DNA of 64,000 nucleotides from NCBI RefSeq assembly GCF_021028975.2, contig NC_059425.1, forward strand, positions 192,076,001-192,140,000, given 5' to 3'. Made by a program: the position numbers and the translations under genes. This document shows, piece after piece, positions 52,530-64,000 of this stretch. The notes below the pieces were generated by a model. The model saw only the letters and a program-made list of their open reading frames with translations. It was not told the DNA's origin and made no database searches. Position 1 is the stretch's first letter. Each line of letters begins with the position of its first letter. Origin of the DNA: Sphaerodactylus townsendi (Eukaryota).

Positions 52530-53850
52530 CATTTCCCCCGCGACGCCTCTGCCGAAGGGCCGGGGGGGGGGGGTCTTCCCCCCTCTCTTCCCTGGAAGAA
52601 CCGAGTTGTTTTCTGAGGAGGTTTCTGGCTTCGTGGTTTCAGCGCTGGAGCCCCTGCCTGGGAAAGGCAGCCCTCGGCCAGAGAGGGCATCGCCCCGCCT
52701 GTCAGCAGCAGCCAGTCCGGGCGGCGGAGGCGCCGCCACCACCTGCCTCTGACGGAGAACGGGCGCGCGCCCACCTGCTCACAGCGCCGGCTGGCTCGCT
52801 CTCAGGCGACACACGTGGCCCAGCCAGGCGCGCCTCTGGCCCAGAGGGAAACCCCGCCGCTCACTGCGCAGGCGCCGGGAGCCCTTGGGAGGGCGGCATA
52901 TTAAAGCGCACGAAGGAGTACATAGATACAAATAAGCTACGCACAGACCGGCGCTATTTAAACCCGCCGCCGCCGCCCGTCACGTGCCCTTTCCCAAGGC
53001 TCTTCCGGACCCCTCGCGCCGCCGCCGCCTGTTTATGACCATCATCCGGGGACTCCGCAGCGCCCCGCCCCCCCCCTCCGCCGCAGCTCTCGCGGGAAAG
53101 AGCGCGCCCGACCCCGCTCACCGCCAGGGGGCGCCGCTGCCGCCGCGCGCCCACCTCCGCCCCCTCGTCTCGCTTTCCTCGGGGCTCGAGAGGGGAGCGA
53201 TGGCGGCGGCGACCTCAGGAGGCGGCGGCGGGGAGCGGAGCAGCACCCGGGACCGCCTTTTGGCCGCGCTGGAGGACCTGGAGCTGCTGGCCAGGTGGGC
53301 TCGCTCGCTCGCTCGCTCCTCCGGGCGCCCCGGCGGGCGGGCGGGCGGTTTCTGCGCACGCGCAACGCTGAGCTCTCGCCGGGGCTGGCGTGGCGAAGGC
53401 AGAAGCAGCCCGTGGGCGCTGCCGCCGCTCTTTCCGGGCCCGGGCGGGGGGGGGCACCCTGTGACCGAGCCCCCGCCCCCCGCCCGGCCGCCCTTCGTCC
53501 CCCCGAGAACGGAACTCTCTGGGCGTGTCGCGCTCCAGGCCCCGCCGGGAGGTTGGCAAGCCTGGCCCCCTCCGGGGGCTGGCCGCGGGACTGGAGGGGG
53601 GGGGGGCCGGCGCGGCCCGAGGGGGCGACGGCGAGGCTGCCTTGGCGCCGGGGCGGTTTTTGCTCCCGGGCGCTGAGCTGGGGGGAGCCGGGAGGGTCCC
53701 TCGCGGGGATTCCGCGCGGTCCAGTTGACGCTGCGCCCGGCCAGAGGTCAGCTAATGGCTGCAGCGCGGACAGAGGTTATCCTGCAGGTCTCCCCGCGCG
53801 CGCGCGCAGATGCAGTTGTACGCCCTGGGATCGCTAGAAGCAGCCCGCAG
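52530..53850 (+). promoter_or_regulatory. MED4 promoter CpG island
   Basis: CpG rich; NRF1-like TGCGCAGGCGC (52865-52875), GTCACGTG E-box (52979-52986), GC boxes. Confidence 0.75.
53200..53294 (+). CDS. MED4: MED4 exon 1
   Basis: [31 protein letters not shown]. Confidence 0.93.
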
Positions 53851-56800
53851 ACGTAGCTAGCCAGTTAGTACGTAATTTGTTGCTTTAATTCCAAGTTGTT
53901 GTTGTTGTTATTATTTATTAGTTTTGTATACCGCCTTCCCCTGGAGGGCTCTGGGCGGTGCACAACATATTGATACGTAGAAGTAGAGCACAGTTTAAAG
54001 CATAACAAAATACAACTATGAGATATTTCCACCCCCACAGTCACCCCCATCTTACACTTGTGTTCTTTTACTGTCTCTGGAAACTGAAACCATTGGGGGA
54101 GTTTGTCAGACCTTGTCAGCCATACAAGAGTATTCAGCCTCAGGAATGTGCAGCTCTCCCTTGTGTCTTGGATACTGTTAGGCAGAATTCCACTGGGTTG
54201 TGGAGCTTCTGTTTATTTCGGAGAACTGACCCCCTTTCCTGGTCCTGTACTTTGCTTCAGGGAGCTGATTGAAATACTGGCCATTTCAAGGAACCAGAAA
54301 CTTGCACAGTCTGGGGAAGAGGCCCAGGTAAGCAAACTGCTTAAAAATCTGAAAGGAGATATTATGTCTGTTCAGTCTGTAATCCTTCACTAGGCATGCG
54401 GACCAGATCTTAAAGTATCAGCAGCTGATTGATATCCCTATACAGCTTTCATAAGAACATAAGAACAAACCAGCTGGATCAGACCAGAGACCATCTAGTC
54501 CAGCTCTCTGCTACTCACAGTGGCCCACGAGGTGCCTTTGGGAGCTCACCTGCAGGAGGTGAAAGCAATGGCCTTCTGCTGCTGCTGCTCCTGAGCACCT
54601 GGTCTGTTAAGGTATTTGCAATCTCAGATCAAGGAGGATCAAGATTGGTAGCCATAGATCGACTTCTCCTCCATAAATCTGGCCAAGCCCTTTTTAAAGC
54701 TATCCATTTTGCTACATTGAATTGCATTTGCCATTTCTTAGCCCAATCACCTAATTTATTAAGGTCTGCTTGGAGCTCTTCGCAATCCTTTGTGGTTCTC
54801 ACCACCCTACATAATTTGGTATCATCCGCAAACTTGGCCACCACACTACCCACCCCTACTTCCAGGTCATTTATGAATAGGTTAAAGAGCACTGGTCCCA
54901 AAACGGATCCTTGGGGGACACCACTCCTTCTCTGTACTTTTTCTATCTCTTCGATATCCTTTTTGAGATGTGGCGACCAGAACTGAACACAGGACTCCAA
55001 GTGCGGTAGCACCACAGCTTTATATAAGGGCATGACAATCCTTGCAGTTTTATTATCAACTCTTTTCCTAATTATACCCAGCATAGAGTTTGCCTTTTTC
55101 ACAGCTGCCATGCATTGAGTTGACATTCCCCTGGAACTATCAACTAAGACACCCAAATCCTTTTCCTGGTCTGTGCCTGATAGCACTGATCCTTGTATGT
55201 GAAGTTTGGATTTTTTACCTCTATGTGCATCACTTTGCATTTTTCTACATTGAATTGCATTTGCCATTTCTTAGCCCAATCACCTAATTTATTAAGGTCC
55301 TCTTGGAGCTCTTCACAATCCTTTGTGGTTCTCACCACCCTACATAATTTGGTATCATCCGCAAACTTGGCCACCACACTACCCACCCCTACTTCCAGGT
55401 CATTTATGAATAGGTTAAAGATCACTGGTCCCAACACGGATCCTTGGGGGACACCACTCCCTACATCTCTCCATTGTGAGAACTTCCCATTTATACGCAC
55501 CCTTTGTTTCTGTTCCTCAACCACTTTTTAATCCATAGGAGGTCTTCCCCTCTTATGCCTTCATTGCTGAGTTTTCTCAACAGTCTCTGGTGAGGAACTT
55601 TGTCAAAAGCCTTTTGGAAATCCAAGTAGACAATGTCCACTGGTTCCCCCTCATCCACATGCCTGTTTACGCTCTCAAAGAACTCTAGTAAGTTTGTAAG
55701 ACAGGACTTGCCTCTGCAAAAGCCATGCTGGCTCTTCCTCAGCAGGTCTTGCTTTTCAGTTCCTGCTAATCTGTTAAAATGGCCAATGTGATCATTTGTT
55801 TTGGGGGCAGATCCTGGAGCTGCTGATTCAGAGAGATCAAGAGTTCCAGGAATTGATGAAACTGGGTCTGGAACAAGGGAAGATTCACCGGGAGATGCAG
55901 CTTTTGGAAGAAGTGGTGGGGAAGAGGGACAGCGACATCCAGCAGCTTCAGAAGCAACTGAAGGAAGCGGAGCACATATTGGTGAGTCCATCAGTGACGC
56001 TGCTACCATCCAGGGTGCTTGCAGACATTCACACTCCTGAGTCAGGCATGCTAAGGTGATAAACAGTCACTGGAGAGAAAGGCAGGCTTATAAATGCTTT
56101 AAATAGGTGCCTTAATATTCTGTGAGTTCCCTGTAAGGGAGTTCACATGTGTCCATTACAGTTGATTATGTCACAACTTGCCTTTGTAAAATGTTCACCC
56201 CAAATGAGTCTTTCCCTGGCATCTGGAGTTCTGTCTCAAACCTTTCTTTGAATCTCGTGAGAGATTTCTTCAAATTTTCAGTGCCTGCTCCCTTTCCCAA
56301 CTCCCTTTCTGCAGGTTACTGTTTAGTCCCATTTCTTCATGTCTTGTACCTGCACTGAGGGTTGGCTCCCATGCGCCTGCCTCCCGTGCGCCTGTGCTGA
56401 ACGAAAGTTTCCTTTACCTGGTCTTCTTATCCTTTAGATAGTGGGGTGAAGCTGGGGCAGAAGAATCGCTGAATAAATAGGTGCTATTACAGCAGCACCA
56501 TTTCATTGCTACTGTTAAATATTCCTCCAGCCCTGAGGCTAGAAATACTCTTTGTCAACAAGTGGATGATGACTTCTTAAAGCCCCAGTCCAATTTCTTG
56601 GCTTTTCAGGCAGAAGTTTTAATTCAGTTATGATGACCAGAAACCTGGAAATGTTCTCTGAATTGCAAATTGATTTTTAGAATCTAAATCTGTTTGTTTA
56701 CCAGAAATATTGTTTCATAATTAGGCCACAGCTGTTTATCAAGCAAAAGAAAAACTGAAGTCAATAGAAAAGGCAAGGAAGGGTGAGTATTTCTGTTTCA

Positions 56801-59800
56801 TGAATTTTCATGAAATGGGGGGGGGGTGCCTCCTGGGTGGAAGATTTGCTCTATAGATTAGCTAATTTTATTATTATTATTTATATCCCACCCTATTCCC
56901 GAATGGGATGATAAGAGAACTAATATTTAAATGGCCACCAGTGAGACAGGGACTTATTTCTTGATCAGTGCTTTTGACTATTTCTTGAACTGTCATATGA
57001 CTCAGTCATGAAGGAGCTGCTGCCGTCACAAGTCTTTCGGCTTCAGCCCAAACTCTAGAGAATATTTTCCCACTGGCTTTTTTTTAATTTACTGAAGTAA
57101 CTGCTAGAAGGCGAGGTAAAGTGTTTTCTTTTTCATCACATCTGAATGGTGTGGCTTAAGGGGAACAATATATTTTAGAAAGTGTATTTTCCTCTTCAGT
57201 TTCTCCACTTCTTTTATGTATTAGAAACATCTGAAGTCAACAGTCCATGCTTGCACAGGTTTTCTTAGAAGCAGGACCCTTTGGAGGGGGTGGGGGGTGG
57301 GGCTTACTTCCAAGTATGTGTGCCCAGGATTGCATGGCATCAGCCATAGTATTCTTCTTAAAAGATATTTTCAGACAGGTATGTATGAAACTCAACCGTT
57401 TGTAAAATGGGTGGGGTGTAGAATGCATCACTTCAGGGGGAATGTTCCTTCTTGGGGTCCAGCCAGTCTCGAACCTAGTTTCTTTCTTCCCTTCGGTTTA
57501 ATGGTCTTTGGATGGAATGAGAGCTTGCTCTGGATCCATGGTATACGCGTACCATACGCACACAGACACTTCCTTATTTTGGGTGGGGTTACTCTTTTGT
57601 GGGCCTGAGTTGAATTTTTCATCATGCTTGTCCCTGTGTCTTTTGGTGAACTCCTCCATTGCATTTTTCTACGTAGTTGTGTGTGCTGTTTACTTCTATT
57701 GAAAGTCAGTCATGCACAAGAGCTGCCCTGCTGGATTAGACCAGTATCCCAGCACATTCAGGGGCCAAGAAAGAGTGAACGGAGGCCAGTGCCTTCCGGA
57801 CGTTGCCTGCTAGCTCCAGCACTACTCTTTAGAAGTTTGCTGTCTGAATGGGTAGCTGCCAATAGACCCCTCTGTATCTCTTTTTTAAGCCATTTATGTG
57901 CATGGCTTCCCCAACATCCACTGGCACTGAATTCTACAGCTGAAATACTCATTCAGCAAAGAAGCACTTTAGTGTACCGTTTAAGGCTTCAGAGGATCAT
58001 CATGATGCCAGTCACAGATGCAGGCAAAATATCAGGAGAGAATGCTACTGGAACATGGCCATACAGCCCAGAAATCCCACAATACCCCAAAGAAGTACTT
58101 CCTTTGTCTGGCCTCAGTTTGTCTGGCCCATCAGCTTCGTTAGGTGCCTCTAAGGTCTGATGTTAGGCTTTCTCTACTGTATGCGTACTTTTTAATAAAC
58201 CTCTATTGTATACCTTCCCGTGGATGGCTTTCCCATGGAAGCCTTTCAGGCAACCTCCTGCCAGGAGGCCATTGCACTGAAAAATGTAGTGGTTCACAAA
58301 GACAGGCTTGCCAGAATGGTGGCTCACAGGATTAGGATGTTACGTTCAAGAATCGCTGCACAAGAGAGGAGGGGGAATCAGAGCAAAGCCCTGCGACATC
58401 TGTGCTCTTTCGTCACTCATCCCCTGAGACAGTGGTCTGCGCTGGAGCATGTGTGTGGCAAAGCTGGTACGTATAACAGTGTCATCTTTTTTCACCCCCA
58501 GGGTCTGTTTCCTCGGAAGAAATAATTAAATACGCTCACAGAATTAGTGCCAGTAATGCGGTCTGTGCTCCTCTGACGTGGGTGCCAGGTAAAGAATAAT
58601 TTTCACACATCAGTCTTATTTTCTCTGTAGATTGGATATGTAAATGTTTCTTAACTGTTACAGAAAGGTTGCCGCGTTACTGTCTTCAGGGCATGACTGC
58701 CATAGGTGAGGAGGGTTTCGATTGTGCTGTTGCAATGCAGGGTTGTTGTTTTTTCATATGTGACCATATATTTTTAAGGGGACCCGCGAAGGCCATACCC
58801 AACAGATTTGGAGATGAGAAGTGGTATCCTCGGTCAGATGAACAATCCATCAGCAAATGGAGTCAACGGTCACTTACCAGGGGACGCGCTTGCAGCGGGT
58901 AGATTACCAGGTAATGGGAAACCAGGGGAAACACCAGCTGCTCCAGTCCTTGATAGCTCTTGAAGAATGGAATGAGTGCTGCCCAAACCCTTGAAGAGCA
59001 GTTTGCAGAACAGGGGCATGTAGACCTTTGGTCTGTGTAGCACCTGGGGCCCACGCAAAGAGCCTGGAGCCGGTTTTCAGAGAGCCTCGTCTGCTGTCGC
59101 CTGGTCATTCCAGTCCAGGCATTGGCCCAGCAGGGAGATTGGCCCAAACTTCAAGCCACAGCGTGGCCATTGGGATGGCTTCTTAAGCTCTTGTGCTGTT
59201 GCAACCATTTGCATCTCCACGGGTGTTTTCCCTTCCTGGCATTCGGTACCAAATCATGGCGAGCAAATCAGTTTGGTTTGCCTTTGCCAGCCTCCCCGTC
59301 CCCCTGACCTTCCTTGGAGGTCTCCCAGACAAATACTTGCGTGGATCGAGGCTGAGCGTGGGCGACTGGCCTGATGTCACCCAGCCACGCTGGCCACGTT
59401 AGCAGAAACGTCAGGGCAATGTCATGCTGACCACAGCTACGTTCGAAACGGAGGGGGAAATATCTGCAAGAGTTGCAGGGGGGCAGTGTTCTTGGCAAGC
59501 CCCTGGCGTGGTGGTTAAGAGCAGGGGCACTCTAATCTGGAGAACTGGGTTTGATTCCCTGCTCTGCCACTTGAGCTGTGGAGGCTTTGATTAGCCTGTG
59601 CACTCCAACGCACGCCAGCTGGGTGACCTTGGGAGCTCTCTCAGCCCCACCCACCTCACAGGGTGTTTGTAGTGGGGGGGAGGGCAAGGAGATTGTAAGC
59701 CCCTTTGAGTCTCCTACAGGAGAGAAAGCGGGGGTTATAAATACAAACTCTTCTTCTCCCTCATGCTATCAGATAGTGGGTTTTGATTCTTGCTGTAAAT

Positions 59801-60273
59801 TGTTCAATAAAACGTCTCGTTTAGATTAAATATTCAGGATGTGATCCAGCATAAGCAAATCTGAGATAGTTCCCACTTACTGTAATGTGAAAGTTATGCA
59901 GAACTTTAACTCCCTTCCTTTGACATCAAAGGGACCTGGCTGTGCTGAGCTTTTGCCAGCTGGGGTCAGCGTGATTCTGAGGGTGCCTTGCTGGAGCCAA
60001 AGTCCCGTGTTACTCAGTGAAACGAAGCACGCCAAGAATTGCCCTGCAGGTCAGCCACGGGCCTGTCTGAAAGCCACCCTGTGCTCTCTTTCCCCCTCAG
60101 ATGTCCTGGCGCCTCAGTACCCCTGGCAGTCGACCGACATGTCCATGAATATGCTGCCTCCGAATCACAGCAATGACTTCATGCTGGAACCTCCAGGGCA
60201 TAATAAGGAGAATGAGGATGATGTGGAGGTGATGTCCACAGACTCCTCAAGCAGCAGCAGTGACTCCGATTAG
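53200..60273 (+). CDS. MED4: Mediator subunit 4, complete 7-exon CDS, 260 aa
   Basis: join of 53200-53294, 54261-54327, 55811-55981, 56725-56782, 58502-58588, 58779-58910, 60101-60273 = 783 nt, open, ending SSSSSDSD-stop. Confidence 0.98.
54261..54327 (+). CDS. MED4: MED4 exon 2
   Basis: [22 protein letters not shown]. Confidence 0.97.
54450..55757 (-). mobile_element. Rearranged CR1 LINE in MED4 intron 2
   Basis: RT motifs [32 protein letters not shown]; internal duplication; (TTCTTATG)n tail. Confidence 0.95.
55811..55981 (+). CDS. MED4: MED4 exon 3
   Basis: [17 protein letters not shown]...[16 protein letters not shown]. Confidence 0.97.
56725..56782 (+). CDS. MED4: MED4 exon 4
   Basis: [19 protein letters not shown]. 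Confidence 0.97.
58502..58588 (+). CDS. MED4: MED4 exon 5
   Basis: [28 protein letters not shown]. Confidence 0.97.
58779..58910 (+). CDS. MED4: MED4 exon 6
   Basis: [43 protein letters not shown]. Confidence 0.97.
59500..59757 (+). mobile_element. Squam3-like SINE
   Basis: Aligns to 27671-27984. Confidence 0.8.
60101..60273 (+). CDS. MED4: MED4 exon 7 coding part
   Basis: [56 protein letters not shown] then TAG. Confidence 0.97.
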
Positions 60274-60548
60274 GAATGTGGCGTCTGGTTTTTGGACTAG
60301 CAGAGCAGGTTGTGACTAGAGCCACAGGAGGTTGTTTGCTCTGCTGCTGACGGGGGCGGCACGAGCCAGAGAGAGGCAGCAAGAACAGTGATGGTTTCTC
60401 ATGGGTATTTCAACAAGTCCTCATGAAAGATGCCCTGATCACGGTTGGTGTTTTAGCAGCAGAGAGAACTGGGCACATTTATCTTGTTGTACATTTATAA
60501 AAGCGCTGGAAAATGAACTGTAAGGAGAATCAACTGGAAGCTACAGTG

Positions 60549-60554
60549 AATAAA
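60549..60554 (+). terminator. MED4 polyadenylation signal
   Basis: AATAAA about 275 nt after the stop; ATTAAA at 60587-60592. Confidence 0.6.
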
Positions 60555-60608
60555 TGACCATTAAGTTTTCTTTGATAACATGAAATATTAAAGTTGCTAA
60601 AGTTTGCT

Positions 60609-61057
60609 GTAAGAACATAAGAACAAGCCAGCTGGATCAGACCAGAGTCCATCTAGTCCAGCACTCTGCTACTCGCAGTGGCCCACCAGGTGCCTTTGGG
60701 AGCTCACATGTAGGATGTGAAAGCAATGGCCTTCTGCGGCTGTTGCTCCCGATCACCTGGTCTATTAAGGCATTTGCAATCTCAGATCAAAGAGGATCAA
60801 GATTGGTAGCCATAGATCGACTTCTCCTCCATCAATCTGTCCAAGCCCCTTTTAAAGCTATCCAGGTTAGTGGCCATCACCACCTCCTGTGGCAGCATAT
60901 TCCAAACACCAATCACACGTTGCGTGAAGAAGTGTTTCCTTTTATTAGGTCCTAATTCTTCCCCCCAGCATTTTCAATGAATGCCCCCTGGTTCTAGTAT
61001 TGTGAGAAAGAGAGAAAAATGTCTCTCTGTCAACATTTTCTACCCCGTGCATAATTT
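60609..61057 (-). mobile_element. CR1 LINE 3' end
   Basis: Matches the 3' UTR and ORF2 end of the other CR1 copies; TTCTTATG tail. Confidence 0.93.
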
Positions 61058-62399
61058 GTAATAGTTGCTGAGAATTAAGCGCTGGCCAGTTTGAGGGTGG
61101 TCATAGAGAAACGGCTTCCCTAACTTTTGCAGCCTGTAATGTCTGCATATCTGTAATGCTGGGAGAGGGTGTTGGGTGCAGCCACAAAAGAACTGCTGCA
61201 AAATAACTGCCACGGGAGGTGAATCCAGCTGCAAAATGGCAAAGAGTGAGGCTACACAGAACTCTGATAGTAGCGCTTCAGCATTTCAGGTAAAAGCTCT
61301 GTTTAACCGGATGTCTTTTGAAATGAACATATTGTTTAAAAATATTTTCTTGCATACACATAAAATAAGTATATGAGCACATATTGAGTTAGCTCAGAAG
61401 CCCGTATTTAGCATTACCCGTCTTCTTTTTACAGGAATTTAACACACTTATGGGAAGGGGGTGGGGGTGGGGGGGCTTTCCCTGACTTCTAATGAGCCAA
61501 ACCATTTTCATTCTGCATGGTTTCTTGTAGTCGATGCTGAAGGCCTGGGGAGAAGAGCTTGCTGCACATATGAGTTTTGAAAAATTACCAAAATTACATG
61601 TAGTTGTCTTGTCAACCTTCTCCTGAATTATTAGAAAGAAACCAAATTTGAAAGATCTGATGACTTAAGTAGAATTTGGTACATTAAGCAGTTTAGCCAT
61701 CCCGACTTATTGTATTGAGTTTCTTCAGACGGAACCCGTGAAGGCCCGCTGTTTTTAGAATATCACACAGCTACCTCCACAGGTCAAGTAATGAACATCA
61801 AGCAACTGTCAGCAGAGGCATACCGGGGGTACCCCAGGCTCTGCCCCCCCAACCACCCCAACTCGGCCCCCTGATGCCCCCAGGCTCTGCCCCCCCCCAC
61901 TGCCGGTGCCCTCGACCCTGCTCATGTCACCATGGACATGGGCAAGGTCTAGGGCAGGGGTCTGCAACCTGCGGCTCCGGAGCTGCACGCGGCTCTTTCG
62001 TCCTTGCACTGTGGCTCCGTGTGGCTTGGGTCCTCTCAGCCTCCTTTGGAAGAGCCCCGGTTCCTACAGAGGCACAGCCCGAGATGACTATCCCAAGCCA
62101 CTTCCGGCTTCCCTGTCTCAGCTGCCTGGTTGACTGATGCCAGTGATGCAGGGTGGGGGCGGAGCACCGTTGGTGGATACTCTTGAACAGGTGAGCGGCG
62201 AAGGGCAGGAAATGGGAGGGAGTTGCAGGTGCGCTTTCTGCCAGCCAACAAAGTAAAAACACTAACAATATCAAAAAAACACAAATGAACCCAAATTCTT
62301 CCGGGGGGGGGGCATGTGGGGGGGCATTTGTCCCCGGATGTCCCCACAAGGTAGCTCCGCCACCACAGGCCAGGTTGCCCGCTTGCCCACCCCCACCCC

Positions 62400-63320
62400 C
62401 TCCGATTTAGCAAGGACGCTCAGAGGACCGCCGAGCAATGCAGAAGTCGTTGTCGGAGGACCACGCCCGGGGTCGCCACTAGTCTGCTGCGGCTGGAGCG
62501 GGAAGCTCTCGGGGCATCGCCGCTCTGCCCTCTGTCATCTCTATGGTCGGCCAGAATCCAAAACAGACCACTCTAGGCCGCCCATGGGCCACAGAGAGAA
62601 GCGACAGGAGAGGATTTGAAGAGCACGTGACCGGTGCTCTTGCGTAAGGACGAACAGACACTTACTTGGTCTCTATGGTCGGCTCCAGGAAGGCGTCCCG
62701 CGCGGAAGCAGCCGGGAGAAGCGGGGCTCTGCCAAGCGCCGCTCCGGGCGCCTCCGTCTCGGTGGTGGCGCGAGCGTCGCGCAGGCGCGCCAGGTGCGGC
62801 CGGAGGAGGGGCTGTCAGCGGCCATGGCGGCGGCCTCCGTGATGTGGGGCCGGGCGGTGCTGGCAGCTGCCCGGCGGCTGAGGGACGGCGGGGGAGGCCG
62901 CCGCGGGGTCCTCGGAGCCGCCGCCCAGGTGAGGCCGCGGGGGGGTGGGGTGGGGGGTGCGGAGGAGGCCCGGCCTGGACCTTCCGGGCCCTCCAAGGGA
63001 CGGGGGTGGGGGCGGCCTATTTTTGGCAGCCGGAGCGGCGGGCGGTGATTGGCTGGCCTGGGGGAGGGGGCGAGGCCGGGATCCCCTCGGAGGGGGGAGG
63101 GGACGCGCCCTTGGCCGCCCGCGGGTCCCCGAGGCGGTCCTGAGTGCGGATCTTGCGAGTCCCTGCAGCGACCTCCGCGGGGTGGGTTCTCCGGAGGAGC
63201 TTGCCCTCACAACAGCCCTGCGGGGGAGGCCAGGCCGAGAGAGTGTGCCCGCCCGCCCGCCCAAGGTCACCCGGCCCCATCCCAGGACACCGGCGGCGGC
63301 AGGCCTTTGGATCTGGGCCC
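62400..63320 (+). promoter_or_regulatory. SUCLA2 promoter CpG island
   Basis: CpG rich; CACGTGAC (62624-62631), NRF1-like CGCGCAGGCGCG (62778-62789). Confidence 0.7.
62824..62928 (+). CDS. SUCLA2: Succinate-CoA ligase ADP-forming beta subunit, exon 1 (mitochondrial targeting peptide)
   Basis: gccATGg; MAAASVMWGRAVLAAARRLRDGGGGRRGVLGAAAQ|gtgagg resembles human exon 1 (MAASMFYGR...AAAQ); expected syntenic position and orientation. Confidence 0.85.
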
Positions 63321-64000
63321 TGGCAGGCTCCCTTCCCCAGTGCCCTGCATTGCACAGAGGAGAGACCCACGTTGGGCCACAGTTCCTGGGGAGCCCCGGT
63401 CCCAATCCCCACCCTGCCGTGGAAACTCGCTGGGTGACCTTGGGCCAGCCATGCCTCACTTACCTCCCAGAGTTGTTGGGGGGATCGAATGGAGGAGGAG
63501 GAGGAGACAAAGACAGTTTGGGGTCGAGAAAGGCCGAGTAGAAATGGAGTAAACTACTCGGTGGGGGACTGCTGCCTTAAAGGGTCTTGGGGGGGGGGGG
63601 GCACTGCTCTTTGTCCAGACCATCAGAGTTGGGGAGTTAGTTGCAGGAGTCTGCGTGTGTGTGTGTGTGTGAGAGAGAGAGAGACCAACACAGCAGTAAC
63701 ACTGCAACAAGGATTATTGCAGTAATATATCTTAAGCCGAAGGGCTGCAAGTGATCGTATTTGACAATAACTGTGTTTGGAGAATTCGAAACCAGAGCAA
63801 GGAACGTGGTTGCTGAAGTTTAATGTAATACAAAGGAGCCGCATGGCGTAGTGGTTAAGTGCTCTAAAATGTGAAGATTTTGCACCTCCAGTTCGACAGA
63901 TTTTGGAGAACAGGTTCGGAGGAAGACTGTCTCTGTCGTGTGTGAGCCTGAAGCGCTCCTGCCACCAGGAGGAAGAGATCCTGAGATCCCTGGTCTGTGT

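Noticed and set aside
52984-53837. Long ORFs around MED4 exon 1, and similarly at 62634-63552
   Set aside because: CpG-island artefacts reading through the exon 1 donor.
62285-62400. GVGVGKR / LPGG / EFG-like peptides as a NUDT15 relic
   Set aside because: They are scattered over different frames and strands in poly-G and repeat-derived sequence and are not colinear.

Overview
Vertebrate genomic DNA. The repeat content (CR1, L1, L2, Penelope, Squam3-like SINEs, hAT and Harbinger MITEs) points to a squamate reptile, probably a gecko (inference). It is a compact version of the conserved RB1-ITM2B-MED4-SUCLA2 syntenic block. It holds RB1 exons 1-17 (minus strand, continuing past base 1), complete ITM2B (minus, 6 exons, 273 aa), complete MED4 (plus, 7 exons, 260 aa) and SUCLA2 exon 1 (plus). 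All exons were rebuilt by eye with GT-AG boundaries and consistent phases. NUDT15, which lies between MED4 and SUCLA2 in mammals, is not recognisable. Most notable: (1) an unexplained locus between ITM2B and MED4 with a self-complementary 12-bp repeat whose variation is synonymous only in a minus-strand (RYSD)n frame, plus splice and polyA signals on both strands; (2) an open fragment of an R2-type (rDNA-targeting) retrotransposon RT, fused between a CR1 and a SINE just upstream of RB1; (3) a Penelope-derived hairpin with hammerhead-ribozyme cores inserted at the ITM2B stop codon, duplicating it; (4) a divergent RB1 N-terminus and promoter; (5) a CAG-encoded polyQ in ITM2B. Protein identifications rest on recalled family sequences; no database search was run.
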